In this document: one piece after another, positions 42,758 through 51,806 of the stretch
How positions within the stretch are numbered: position 1 is the stretch's first letter
How the letters are laid out: each line of letters starts with the position of its first letter
Virus record (IMG/VR): IMGVR_UViG_3300042465_004126
Location: 1 to 56,889 of that record
Length of the DNA: 56,889 nt
Origin: a virus
Taxonomy: Duplodnaviria > Caudoviricetes
Direction: 5' to 3' (one strand)
Translations under genes and position numbers: made by a program
The notes under the pieces: generated by a model
What the model was told of the DNA's origin: nothing
Seen by the model: the letters and a program-made list of their open reading frames with translations, nothing else
The model's database searches: none

Positions 42758-45299
42758 AAATACAGACCTGACCATTGAAGATGATGAAGACGAAATCGTT
42801 GAGGTAGATGATGACGAGTCAGATACCGAGGATACTGATGACGGTGGAGCAATGGTCAAACTCAAGAACGAGGACGACCAACGGCAAAAGCAAGCGCACT
42901 TTGCCAACATTGCTGATGAGGTTGACCAAGGTGACTTGCAAGACGCCGTTACAGACCTGCTAGACAAGGTTGCCAAGGACAAGGACGCACGGCAGAAGCG
43001 GGACAAGCTGTACGAGGAAGGCTTGCGCCGTACAGGTCTAGGCGATGACGCTCCTGGCGGGGCGCAGTTCACAGGCTCAACAAAGGTTGTCCACCCTATG
43101 CTGGTGGAAGCCTGCGTTGACTTCTCTAGCCGAGTGATGAAGGAGATCTTCCCTCCCGGCGGCCCAGTCAAGAGCAAGATCCTGGGCGAGAAGGAGAAGG
43201 ACAAGGTCGCCAAGGCCGAGCGCAAGACTGACTTCATGAACTGGCAGACTACTGAGCAGATGCCAGAGTTCAGGGGTGAACTAGAGCAACTCAGTACGCA
43301 ACTGCCCTTGGGCGGTGCTCAGTACCTTAAGATGATGTGGAGCACTCAATACCTGCGACCATGCGCTGAGTTCATCCCCATCGATGATGTGTACCTGCCC
43401 TTTGCGGCCACCAATTTCTATTCCGCAGAGCGCAAGACCCACGTCCAGTACGTGACCGAGATGGAGTACCAGCGCCGTGTTAGGTCTGGAATGTACATTG
43501 ACGTTGACATCGGCTCGCCAGAAGAGCCTGACTACAGCAAGGCGTCAATTGCCAATGACAAAATTGAAGGGCGCAAGGACACCTCCTACAATGAAGACGG
43601 TCTGCGTACCATCTTTGAGATCTACACGCACCTAGACTTTGGTGATGGGGTCGAGCCGTACATCATTAGCATTGACAAGACCAGCGGCAAGGCTGTGGCT
43701 CTGTACCGCAACTGGGAACCTGAAGACGAGCGCCGTGTAGAGCTTGACTGGATTGTGGAGTTCCCATTTGTGCCTTGGCGTGGCGCTTACCCCATCGGCC
43801 TGACCCACATGCTTGGTGGCTTGTCGGGTGCGGCTACAGGTGCATTACGCGCCTTGCTGGACTCAGCCCACATTCAAAACATCCCAACCCTGCTCAAACT
43901 AAAAGGCGGTCCTGGTGGCCAGACTCTTAACGTCCAACCAACCGAGGTTGTAGAACTTGAAGGCGGTGCGCTCATTGATGACGTGCGCAAACTGGCTATG
44001 CCGTTGCCGTTTAACGGCCCGAGCCCAGTGCTGTTCCAGCTGCTTGGCTTTGTGGTTGACGCCGGCAAGGGTGTTGTGCAGACCAGCTTTGAGAAGCTGA
44101 GTGATGCCAACCAAGCGCAACCTGTTGGCACAACCCTAGCACTCATTGAGCAGGGTATGGTGGTCTTCAGCAGCATCCACTCCCGCATCCATGGCTCAAT
44201 GAGCCGTGTATTCAAGATCCTGCACCGCATCAACAGTGCCTATCTAACCATAGAAGACATCAAGGCGCAGGCATCTGGTTTGGATGTTAAGCCTGAAGAC
44301 TTTGACGGCCCGATGGACGTTGTGCCGGTGAGTGACCCTGCAATCTTCAGTGAGACACAGAGGTTTGCTCAAACTCAAGCAGTCCTACAACGCGCAGCAA
44401 CCATGCCGCAGATGTATGACCAGCGCAAAGTTGAGCAGCTGTTTTTGCGCACACTGAAGATCAGTGCTGACGATGTACTGCAACCAGCCCCAGGCACCGA
44501 GGACATTGACCCAGTGAGCGAGAACGTGGCTGCTGCAATGGGAACGCCTGTTTATGTTCTGCCGCAGCAAGATCACATTGCTCACCTCAAAACTCATCTG
44601 GCGTTTTTAAAGTCACCACTATTTGGCCAGAACCCAGCCATTGTCAAGACCTACATGTTCCCAATGGCCACTCACCTGCGCGACCACTTGCTGAACTACT
44701 ACCTAACCGAGGCGCATGAGGCGGTAGACGTTGCTCAGAAGAAAGACTTGATTGAGAAAGAAGCAGAGCAACAGGTAGGCGTGATCTTGAAGGTGCAGCA
44801 AATCATTGAGCAGCAGCTTGGTGGCTTTGCCCAAGAGTTGGCACAGATTGACCAAGCCGCTCAGCAGTTCAAGCCCCAGCCGCCGATGCCGCCTGACAGC
44901 AGCATGCAGATAGCTCAAATGAATGCACAGTTGCAAGGCCAAGCACTCCAGCAACGGACGCAACTTGACCAAGCAAAAATGCAGCAAGCCGCCCAAGCTG
45001 AGCAGGCAAAAATGCAAGCTGAGCAAACCAAACTGCAACTTGAGCAAGCTAAGCTGCAACTGGAGCAAACCAAGATCCAGCAAGATGCCCAGCAAAATGC
45101 ACAGCAGGTAGCTGCAGATGCTCAGCAAACAATGCTCAGAGAGCAGGCAGAGAACGAACGCACAAAGGTTGAACTACAAACCCGCTATCAAATGAACACA
45201 GACGACAACAATACCGCCCTACGCTTAGCCGCAGCCGAGCTAGCCACAGGCGAGAAGTTTGCCGTCTCAACAGGCACAGGCGTCAATCCCGGCGCTTGA
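42750..45299 (+). CDS. Portal protein
   Basis: Position after terL; 'F.G...VVHP.L.EACV.F', 'G.Y.IGL.H..GG.S.AAT..LR.LLD', 'PVGTTLAL.EQG', Gln-rich coiled-coil barrel. Confidence 0.88.
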   Translation: MPKNTDLTIEDDEDEIVEVDDDESDTEDTDDGGAMVKLKNEDDQRQKQAHFANIADEVDQGDLQDAVTDLLDKVAKDKDARQKRDKLYEEGLRRTGLGDDAPGGAQFTGSTKVVHPMLVEACVDFSSRVMKEIFPPGGPVKSKILGEKEKDKVAKAERKTDFMNWQTTEQMPEFRGELEQLSTQLPLGGAQYLKMMWSTQYLRPCAEFIPIDDVYLPFAATNFYSAERKTHVQYVTEMEYQRRVRSGMYIDVDIGSPEEPDYSKASIANDKIEGRKDTSYNEDGLRTIFEIYTHLDFGDGVEPYIISIDKTSGKAVALYRNWEPEDERRVELDWIVEFPFVPWRGAYPIGLTHMLGGLSGAATGALRALLDSAHIQNIPTLLKLKGGPGGQTLNVQPTEVVELEGGALIDDVRKLAMPLPFNGPSPVLFQLLGFVVDAGKGVVQTSFEKLSDANQAQPVGTTLALIEQGMVVFSSIHSRIHGSMSRVFKILHRINSAYLTIEDIKAQASGLDVKPEDFDGPMDVVPVSDPAIFSETQRFAQTQAVLQRAATMPQMYDQRKVEQLFLRTLKISADDVLQPAPGTEDIDPVSENVAAAMGTPVYVLPQQDHIAHLKTHLAFLKSPLFGQNPAIVKTYMFPMATHLRDHLLNYYLTEAHEAVDVAQKKDLIEKEAEQQVGVILKVQQIIEQQLGGFAQELAQIDQAAQQFKPQPPMPPDSSMQIAQMNAQLQGQALQQRTQLDQAKMQQAAQAEQAKMQAEQTKLQLEQAKLQLEQTKIQQDAQQNAQQVAADAQQTMLREQAENERTKVELQTRYQMNTDDNNTALRLAAAELATGEKFAVSTGTGVNPGA

Positions 45300-45317
45300 C
45301 ACATAGGAGAAACCGAA

Positions 45318-45446
45318 ATGAACAATACCCCCGCAGTCCCAATGAATAACGGCGCAGTCAAGCAGCACCACCGCATGGCGGCAGGAGAGCCTTGCAATGG
45401 CCAGACTTTGCCTGCACCACCCGCAATGCCAAAGACGCCTGCGTGA
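45318..45446 (+). CDS. Small protein, 42 aa
   Basis: Not in ORF track; AGGAG RBS; MNNTPAVPMNNGAVKQHHRMAAGE... Confidence 0.55.
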   Translation: MNNTPAVPMNNGAVKQHHRMAAGEPCNGQTLPAPPAMPKTPA

Positions 45447-45640
45447 GAATAGAAGACGTTTTATTGCATCGGCTTAAAGCCGCGCAAGCTAGTTTTGCGC
45501 TTGAATCACTCAAGCGTCCCCAAAACCGCGATAGCTTTGAGTACGGCTATCGCGTGGGCGTCGTATCTGGTTATGACGCAGCGTTAGATGTGCTTTTTAA
45601 CATTTTGGAAGAGGAGAAAAACAGTGGCAATGACTTATGA
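45443..45640 (+). CDS. Hypothetical protein
   Basis: GTG start overlapping the previous stop; 'D.FEYG.RVG...G...AL'. Confidence 0.65.
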   Translation: MRIEDVLLHRLKAAQASFALESLKRPQNRDSFEYGYRVGVVSGYDAALDVLFNILEEEKNSGNDL

Positions 45641-46031
45641 GGACGCACTAGCAGAGGCTTTTCCGGCTGCAGAAGCCGGCATTCAGCCTTTTGGAAGCCG
45701 TGTTCTGGTACAAATTCGTAGTCCCAAACAACGTACCGCTTCGGGCATTATTTTGGACATTGGCTCTCGAGACACTGAAAAGTGGAACACTCAGGTAGCT
45801 AAAGTCATCTCAATTGGCCCATTGGCATTTAAGAACCGTAACACTATGGCCAGTTGGCCGGAGGGTTCTTGGTGCGAGGAAGGTGAGTATGTGCGAGTTG
45901 CCAAGTATGGTGGCGATAGGTGGGAAGTTCCCATGTCAAATGGCGAATCGGCGCTGTTTGTAATCTTTAACGACTTGGACATCATCGGGCGAGTTAACGT
46001 CGATCCACTGTCCATTCGTGCATTCATCTGA
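45624..46031 (+). CDS. groES: GroES-like co-chaperonin
   Basis: 'IQPFGSRVLV....K.RTASGIIL', 'AKVISIGP', 'G..V...KYGG', 'IFND.DIIG'. Confidence 0.85.
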   Translation: MAMTYEDALAEAFPAAEAGIQPFGSRVLVQIRSPKQRTASGIILDIGSRDTEKWNTQVAKVISIGPLAFKNRNTMASWPEGSWCEEGEYVRVAKYGGDRWEVPMSNGESALFVIFNDLDIIGRVNVDPLSIRAFI

Positions 46032-46044
46032 AAGGAGATGAGAA

Positions 46045-46965
46045 ATGGCTGAAACATTGAATGAGCAAGACGAGGACATTAAAAAGCCTCCGGAAGATCT
46101 CGTCATCGTGGAAGACAAACCACAACGTGACGATGCTGACGAAGATGATGACCGGATTAAGGCTGACGAAGACAGTGGTACTGATTCTGAGCGAGAAGCA
46201 ATCCGTGAACGGCGTCGGCTAGAGAAAATTGAGCGTCGTGACCGCAAAGAAAAGGCCATAACCCGCGACAAAACGGAACTAGACTTCCTGCGCAAGCGCA
46301 ACGATGAGCTAGAACGCCGCATGGGGGCGCAAGAGCAGCGTGCTCACCAGACTGACCTGCAAAACATTGATGCACACATCCGCCGTGCTCAAGAAGAAGC
46401 TGAATTGTCAGACCGAGTCATTGCCAAGGCCGTTGAGTCAAGCAACGGTGCTGATGTAGCGCAGGCTTTGAAGTACCGTGATCAGGCACTAGCCAAAATC
46501 AATCAACTTCAGGCACTTAAAGCGCAGGCTGCACAGATTCCAGCAAAGCCGCAACATGGCATTGATGACATGACCATGCAGCATGCTCGGGAATTCATGT
46601 CTGAAAACCCTTGGTATGACTCCAACGGGCGCGATGAGGACAGTGCAATTGTGATAGCGATTGACCAATCTCTAAGCAAAGACGGTTATGACCCCAAGTC
46701 TGAAGAGTATTGGTCGGAATTGAAACGCCGTGCCGCTCGCCGCCTACCAGAGCGGTTTAAGACTGAGACTCGGGTTGCACGAGGCGGTCCTGCCGTCGGT
46801 TCTGGCCGAGAACACGCACCAACCTCAACTCGAAATGAGGTTTATATCAGTCCAGAACGCAAGCAGGCTTTGATTGAGGCCGGTGTGTGGGATGACCCAA
46901 TACTGCGCAAGAAATACGCCGCTCGGTATCAGGAATATGACCGCAACAATCGCAATCAAGCATAA
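46045..46965 (+). CDS. Putative capsid scaffolding protein
   Basis: Acidic N-terminus, long coiled coil, 'NPWY', C-terminal helix; upstream of the capsid genes. Confidence 0.6.
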   Translation: MAETLNEQDEDIKKPPEDLVIVEDKPQRDDADEDDDRIKADEDSGTDSEREAIRERRRLEKIERRDRKEKAITRDKTELDFLRKRNDELERRMGAQEQRAHQTDLQNIDAHIRRAQEEAELSDRVIAKAVESSNGADVAQALKYRDQALAKINQLQALKAQAAQIPAKPQHGIDDMTMQHAREFMSENPWYDSNGRDEDSAIVIAIDQSLSKDGYDPKSEEYWSELKRRAARRLPERFKTETRVARGGPAVGSGREHAPTSTRNEVYISPERKQALIEAGVWDDPILRKKYAARYQEYDRNNRNQA

Positions 46966-46984
46966 ATATTTTATTTTTTGAAAA

Positions 46985-47021
46985 TTGAGGTATAATCCTC
47001 ACCAATCGCTGAAAGGAGCGA
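46985..47021 (+). promoter_or_regulatory. Putative late promoter plus RBS-occluding hairpin
   Basis: TTGAGGTATAAT (TATAAT 46991-46996), AT-rich upstream; TCGCT-GAAAGG-AGCGA at 47006-47021. Confidence 0.5.
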
Positions 47022-47025
47022 GAAT

Positions 47026-47556
47026 ATGTCAGACGAACGCTTAAAGAAATCCGCTGGTGACAACCGCGAGCAACGCGCAGTGCAAGACCGCACCGCGACC
47101 GAGAATCGTGAGTTGTCTGATGATGAGCGAGTTGAAATGTTCCGTCAACAGTTTTTCCAGTCCTCGTTACCTGATTTACCAAAGCTGCCCGGCTGGCATC
47201 CTTGCTGGCTAACAACGACGAACCCACGTGATTCAATCCAAACACGTATCCGCTTGGGCTACCAGCCCATCAAGCCAGAAGATGTTCCTGGCTGGGAATA
47301 CGCCACCCTTAAAACAGGTGATTGGGCAGGATTCATTGGGGTCAATGAGATGCTTGCGTTCAAGTTGCCCATGAGCCTGTACGAAAAGTACATGCGCGAA
47401 GCCCATCATGATGCCCCTCTACGCGAAGAGGAAAAGCTCACCGATACGGCTGACTTTCTTGAGCAACAAGCGCGATCATCTAAATCGAAGTTGACGCTGG
47501 GCGACGGTAATACAGAATTGGGACAAAAGCGGCAAGCTCAGTTTGATCTTGCTTGA
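47026..47556 (+). CDS. Conserved head-module hypothetical protein
   Basis: 'LPD.P..PGWH.CWL.TTN..D.I..R.RLGY.P'; AAGGAG RBS. Confidence 0.7.
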   Translation: MSDERLKKSAGDNREQRAVQDRTATENRELSDDERVEMFRQQFFQSSLPDLPKLPGWHPCWLTTTNPRDSIQTRIRLGYQPIKPEDVPGWEYATLKTGDWAGFIGVNEMLAFKLPMSLYEKYMREAHHDAPLREEEKLTDTADFLEQQARSSKSKLTLGDGNTELGQKRQAQFDLA

Positions 47557-47586
47557 CAGACTTTTAACCATCTTAGGAGAAAGCTA

Positions 47587-48186
47587 ATGTCTTCGACTAG
47601 CGCACCCTTTGGTTTTAGGCCCAGTTTCCACAACAGTGGACAAATGCGGCCTAAAGCCTACACAATCGCCAGCACTTACGCTGCCAACATTTTCGAGGGA
47701 GATCCCGTAAAGTTGGTAGATGCAGGTACTGTTCAACTCGGCACGTCTGACGGCACCCGCTCGGGTACTGTTGCTGGTATTTTGCTGCTTGGCATCTTTG
47801 CCGGCTGCCAATATACCGATGCATTGGGCAAGCCAACCGTATCATCTTTCTGGCCTACCGGCACCACAGCAACAGATATTACGGCTTGGGTTTATGACGA
47901 TCCAGAGACCTTGTTCAATGTGCAGTACAGCAATCCGGGTACACCTGGCACCACGACAATGCAAACTGCTGTTGGTGAGCAGATGGATTGGGTTGTAGCC
48001 TCACCGGGCGGCTCTACCTCCACAGGGTTGTCAAACACCCAAATCGGCGTCATTGAAGCTACTTCTGGTCAATTCCAGTTGACTGGCTTTGGTGGCGAAA
48101 TCAACGACTCCATAACAGACGCATACATTGTAGCCATTGTTCGTATCAACGAGCACATCTACAAAGCTGCTGTTAACTCAATCTAA
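47587..48186 (+). CDS. Putative capsid decoration / minor head protein
   Basis: 'APFGFRP', 'IF.GDPV', 'G.F.GC.Y', 'V.DDP...F.VQ'; directly upstream of the MCP. Confidence 0.65.
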   Translation: MSSTSAPFGFRPSFHNSGQMRPKAYTIASTYAANIFEGDPVKLVDAGTVQLGTSDGTRSGTVAGILLLGIFAGCQYTDALGKPTVSSFWPTGTTATDITAWVYDDPETLFNVQYSNPGTPGTTTMQTAVGEQMDWVVASPGGSTSTGLSNTQIGVIEATSGQFQLTGFGGEINDSITDAYIVAIVRINEHIYKAAVNSI

Positions 48187-48199
48187 GGAGGGCTGACAA

Positions 48200-49114
48200 A
48201 TGGCTACCCCAATGAGAAGTACCGACTTTAGGTCGGTTGTTGAGCCCATCATGAACGAGGTGTTTGACGGTGTTTACGAACAGCGTGCAGACGAATGGAA
48301 GATGGTTTTCCGTGAGCAAAAAGGTATTCCTCGGAATTACCACGAAGAACCCGTCCTGTACGGTTTCGGCGCGGCTCCTGAGTTGCCTGACGGCATGGCT
48401 GTGACCTACCAAAGCGGTGGTGTGCTCTTTATTCAGCGTTACCTTTACAAAGTGTATGGCCTTGCCTTTGCTTTGACCAAGGTGCTCGTTGAAGACGGCG
48501 ACCACATCCGCATTGGTCAGACCTATGCCAAGCACTTGGCTCAGTCGCTGATTGAGACTAAGGAAACACTAGCTGCCAACATCCTGAACCGTGCTTTCAA
48601 CGGCGCGTATCTGGGAGGTGACGGTGTTTCTCTGGTGTCAACGGCACACCCGATTGTCAGTGGTACGTTTAGCAACCAGCTAACCACCGCTGCCGCTCTG
48701 TCGCAAACATCGCTTGAGCAGATTTTAGTTCAGATCCGCAACGCTGTTGACAACAACGGCAAGCGTATTCGTCTGGTGCCTAAGAAAATCGTTTCTGGAC
48801 CCAGCAATGTGTTCCAGGCCGAAGTTCTGCTCAAGTCGGTACTGCGCACCGGCACAGCTGACAATGACATCAACCCGGTCAAGTCCATGGGCTTGCTGGC
48901 TGAAGGTCAAGGCAATCTGTCACGTATTACGTCTACCACCGCTTGGTGGGTGCAGACTGATGCGCCAGATGGCCTGAAGCTGTTGATGCGTCGTGGCTTG
49001 GAGAAGTCTATGGAAGGTGACTTTGAGACTGACTCCATGCGCTACAAAGCGACAGAGCGTTACACGCTGGGTTGGACTGACCCACGCGGCGTTTTCGGCA
49101 CCGCTGGAGTCTAA
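48200..49114 (+). CDS. Major capsid protein (Mu gpT-like, HK97 fold)
   Basis: 304 aa; strong AAGGAGG RBS; 'EE....GFG.A', 'TKE..AANILN.AF', 'GGDG.SL....HP', 'GDFET...RYKA.ERY..GW.DPR'. Confidence 0.88.
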   Translation: MATPMRSTDFRSVVEPIMNEVFDGVYEQRADEWKMVFREQKGIPRNYHEEPVLYGFGAAPELPDGMAVTYQSGGVLFIQRYLYKVYGLAFALTKVLVEDGDHIRIGQTYAKHLAQSLIETKETLAANILNRAFNGAYLGGDGVSLVSTAHPIVSGTFSNQLTTAAALSQTSLEQILVQIRNAVDNNGKRIRLVPKKIVSGPSNVFQAEVLLKSVLRTGTADNDINPVKSMGLLAEGQGNLSRITSTTAWWVQTDAPDGLKLLMRRGLEKSMEGDFETDSMRYKATERYTLGWTDPRGVFGTAGV

Positions 49115-49125
49115 GACTACGGCTT

Positions 49126-49218
49126 TAACCCTCAACTCACAAGGTTGGGGGTTATGGAGGTAGTTTTAATGCGTCTGACAGCTTAAACCTCAAGCTGACG
49201 ACATGCAGACAGACGCAT
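49126..49218 (+). ncRNA. Structured element downstream of the capsid gene (Mu-gpT-DE-like RNA candidate)
   Basis: Hairpin 49126-49154, then outer stem ATGCGTCTG (49169-49177)/CAGACGCAT (49210-49218) enclosing a CAGCTT/AAGCTG stem. Confidence 0.55.
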
Positions 49219-49240
49219 CACTTGCATGTAAGGAAATATC

Positions 49241-49699
49241 ATGGCATCAACGACCTTTTCGGGACCAGTAACCTCCACCAATGGCTTTATCGGCGCTTTG
49301 ACTGGCAACGTCACTGGCAACATTGCTGGCACAGGTAGAATCACCCACACGCCAACGGCAATCAATGCCACTGCAACCGCTACAGCAGCACAGGTAGCAA
49401 CCGGCTACATCACCTCCACCTCGGTTGGAACAGTCACCATTACGCTGCCTACAGGCACGTTGCTTGGCACAGCACTGGGTGCAACTCAAGGTACTGTGTT
49501 TGACTTGTACATTGACAACACCGCTGGCGCAAGCGTAGTGACTGTAGCTGTGGCAACCAACGGCATCTTGTCTAGTGGCGCTGCTGACACCCCCGGTAGT
49601 TTTGGTGACCTGACGATTGCTGCTGGCGTCACGGGTTTGGCTCGGTTCACGCTGATGTTCTCTAGCGCAACGGCCTATGTGTTTACCCGTACAGCCTAA
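49241..49699 (+). CDS. Virion structural protein
   Basis: 'MASTTFSGPV.S.NGF' N-terminus; Thr/Ala/Gly-rich. Confidence 0.65.
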   Translation: MASTTFSGPVTSTNGFIGALTGNVTGNIAGTGRITHTPTAINATATATAAQVATGYITSTSVGTVTITLPTGTLLGTALGATQGTVFDLYIDNTAGASVVTVAVATNGILSSGAADTPGSFGDLTIAAGVTGLARFTLMFSSATAYVFTRTA

Positions 49700-49711
49700 T
49701 CAGAGAATGAC

Positions 49712-50122
49712 ATGGCTGACGCAGTAGCATCCCAAACGCTACTTGACGGTGAACGGCTGTTCATCGCCAAGTTTACAAACGTATCTGACGGCACGGGTGA
49801 AACCGGCGTTGTGAAAATTGATGTTTCTACTCTTGCTCCAAATGCATTTAATTTGGCTTGCAATGGCGTGAAAATCAACAAAATCTGGTCTACAACGCAC
49901 GGTATGGAAGTAAAAATCCTTTGGGATGCATCTACCGATGTGCTTGCGTGGATGATTCAGCAAAATGCAAACTACCTGATGGATTTCTCGTCGTTTGGCG
50001 GCTTGCAAAACAATGGCGGTGCAGGAGTCACCGGGGATGTACTTTTTACCACCTCAGATGCCTCATCGGGTGATATGTACACCATTGTCATTGAATGTAT
50101 CAAAACTTACGCAAGCGCGTAA
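49712..50122 (+). CDS. Virion-module hypothetical protein
   Basis: 'MADAV.SQT..DG.R....KFTN.SDGTGE..V.K.DVS.L', 'DFS.FGG..N..G.G.TGD..FTT'. Confidence 0.7.
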   Translation: MADAVASQTLLDGERLFIAKFTNVSDGTGETGVVKIDVSTLAPNAFNLACNGVKINKIWSTTHGMEVKILWDASTDVLAWMIQQNANYLMDFSSFGGLQNNGGAGVTGDVLFTTSDASSGDMYTIVIECIKTYASA

Positions 50123-50133
50123 AAGGAAATAAC

Positions 50134-50460
50134 ATGGGCTGCACTTACGTTAAAGAGTTTAGTTTCGGCGGCAAGGTTACACCCGCAGCTGCTGTGCATA
50201 AGCATGAGAAAGCCTTGCACCCTGACAAGCCAATGACCAAGATGGCCAAAGGCGGCAAGGTGATGGAGAAGGCAACTGGGGAAACCTACCCAAGCCGCAA
50301 GGCCATGATGAAGCATGAGAAGGAAGAGACTCCTAGGATGCAACGCGAAGAGATCATGCAGAAATCTAGTATGCGTGCGCCTCGCCGGTCAGTGTTAGTA
50401 GCTCCAATGGCTCCAATGATTGCCATGAAAAAAGGCGGCATGACGAGGCCAAATTGCTGA
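50134..50460 (+). CDS. Small basic Met/Lys-rich protein with three xxxGG motifs
   Basis: AAGGA RBS before ATG 50134; FSFGG, MAKGG, MKKGG; 'HKHEK', 'MKHEK'. Confidence 0.65.
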   Translation: MGCTYVKEFSFGGKVTPAAAVHKHEKALHPDKPMTKMAKGGKVMEKATGETYPSRKAMMKHEKEETPRMQREEIMQKSSMRAPRRSVLVAPMAPMIAMKKGGMTRPNC

Positions 50461-50461
50461 T

Positions 50462-50501
50462 TTGAGTTTATAATTTAGTCTTCCGGGCGTGCTGAAACAG
50501 C
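50462..50501 (+). promoter_or_regulatory. Putative late promoter with downstream GCTG-aaa-CAGC hairpin
   Basis: TTGAGTTTATAAT (TATAAT 50469-50474); hairpin at 50491-50501. Confidence 0.5.
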
Positions 50502-50529
50502 GGCCACTTGACCCCAACCCGGAGCTAGC

Positions 50530-51510
50530 ATGGCGTTTTCTGGCAATGTAAGCGGCACAACATTCAATGCGTTGAAGGTAGTTGACCATGCCTTTAGGCG
50601 TTGCCGTTTGCCTGCGCAAGCCATTACCGCCGAAATGCAGAGCTATGCACTAGAGTCGCTCTACTTGCAGTTGTCAGACATGGCAAACATCAAGGCTCCG
50701 AGTTGGTGTATTGAAAAACTCATCTTGCCCTTCTACGAAAACCAGCCCCTCATTCCGCTGCCTGTGGGTACGATTGAGGTGCTCAATGCTAACTATCGGG
50801 TTATTCAGCCGGTGACCGGCACCACCGTAACGGCTAGCACTTCGTATACGGTAGATTTCGGCTCAGCCACGGTGGTAGACACCATTGGCATTGAATGGTC
50901 AGGCACCTCAGTCACCGTCACGTTCCAAGTCTCAACAGATGGCACAACCTGGGTCACAGTTGGTACCTCATCGGTAACCGCTGCCGCTGGTGAGATTGTT
51001 TGGACAGACATCTCAGGAGCTCTTGCGTACCAGTACTTCAGGATAACCTCGGCTAGTCCAATCCTTTATACGACGATCACGCTAGGCAACATGCCACAGG
51101 AAATACCCTTTGGTGTGTTGAATAGAGATACCTACGTTGCTCAGTCAAACAAGGTCTTCCCTGGCCGGCCCAATAGCTACTGGTTTCAACGAGACATCCC
51201 TCAACCAGTAATGCATGTGTGGCCTGCGCCTTTTGCTGGCGCTGAGCAAGCCCAACTTATTGTTTGGCGGCATCGGCACATCATGGACACTGAAAACCTG
51301 CAGCAAGACGTTGAGGTGCCGCAGCGCTGGTTGGAAGCCATTGTCAACGGGTTAGCTGCCAAAATGGCCGCAGAAACGGCTCAAGTGGACATCAATTTGA
51401 TTCCAATCCTTGAACAGAAATATTTGGCGTCTCGTCAAACAGCTTGGGATGGCGACAATGATGGTTCGCCAATCTTTATCCAGCCTGCCATCGGTGCGTA
51501 CACGCGATGA
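50530..51510 (+). CDS. Head-tail connector/adaptor with inserted beta-sandwich domain
   Basis: 'AFRRC', 'NK..PGRP..YWFQR', 'VWP.P', 'VPQRW..AI..GLA'; central 'FQVSTDGTTWVTV...YQYFRI' insert. Confidence 0.7.
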   Translation: MAFSGNVSGTTFNALKVVDHAFRRCRLPAQAITAEMQSYALESLYLQLSDMANIKAPSWCIEKLILPFYENQPLIPLPVGTIEVLNANYRVIQPVTGTTVTASTSYTVDFGSATVVDTIGIEWSGTSVTVTFQVSTDGTTWVTVGTSSVTAAAGEIVWTDISGALAYQYFRITSASPILYTTITLGNMPQEIPFGVLNRDTYVAQSNKVFPGRPNSYWFQRDIPQPVMHVWPAPFAGAEQAQLIVWRHRHIMDTENLQQDVEVPQRWLEAIVNGLAAKMAAETAQVDINLIPILEQKYLASRQTAWDGDNDGSPIFIQPAIGAYTR

Positions 51511-51806
51511 TATATCTTGACGTTTCGGGCCAGGCTACCTACGGGATTGCCATATGCGGGCGCTGCTCACGCAAGTTCTTGCTTGCTGAACTGTCGCCGG
51601 ACCCAAATTCGCCAGGTCTCATGGTTTGCAAAGAAGACCTAGATGACTACGACCCGTATCGACTTGCACCCCGAGCGCCTGACCAGATCGTGCTGCCTTT
51701 CACCCGCCCTGACACTCCTATCAATACTCATCCTGCAGGATTGATACAGGAAGCAGGTGACTTGTTCATCGTTACCGAAGACGGCGACGGATACTTGGAG
51801 TTCTAA
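51507..51806 (+). CDS. Small Cys-containing protein
   Basis: 'AICGRC..KF....L.......GLMVC....D..DP...RPD'. Confidence 0.7.
   Translation: MIYLDVSGQATYGIAICGRCSRKFLLAELSPDPNSPGLMVCKEDLDDYDPYRLAPRAPDQIVLPFTRPDTPINTHPAGLIQEAGDLFIVTEDGDGYLEF

Noticed and set aside
44880-45150. CAG/CAA-rich tandem repeats
   Set aside because: They encode the Gln-rich coiled-coil tail of the portal, which is ordinary low complexity.
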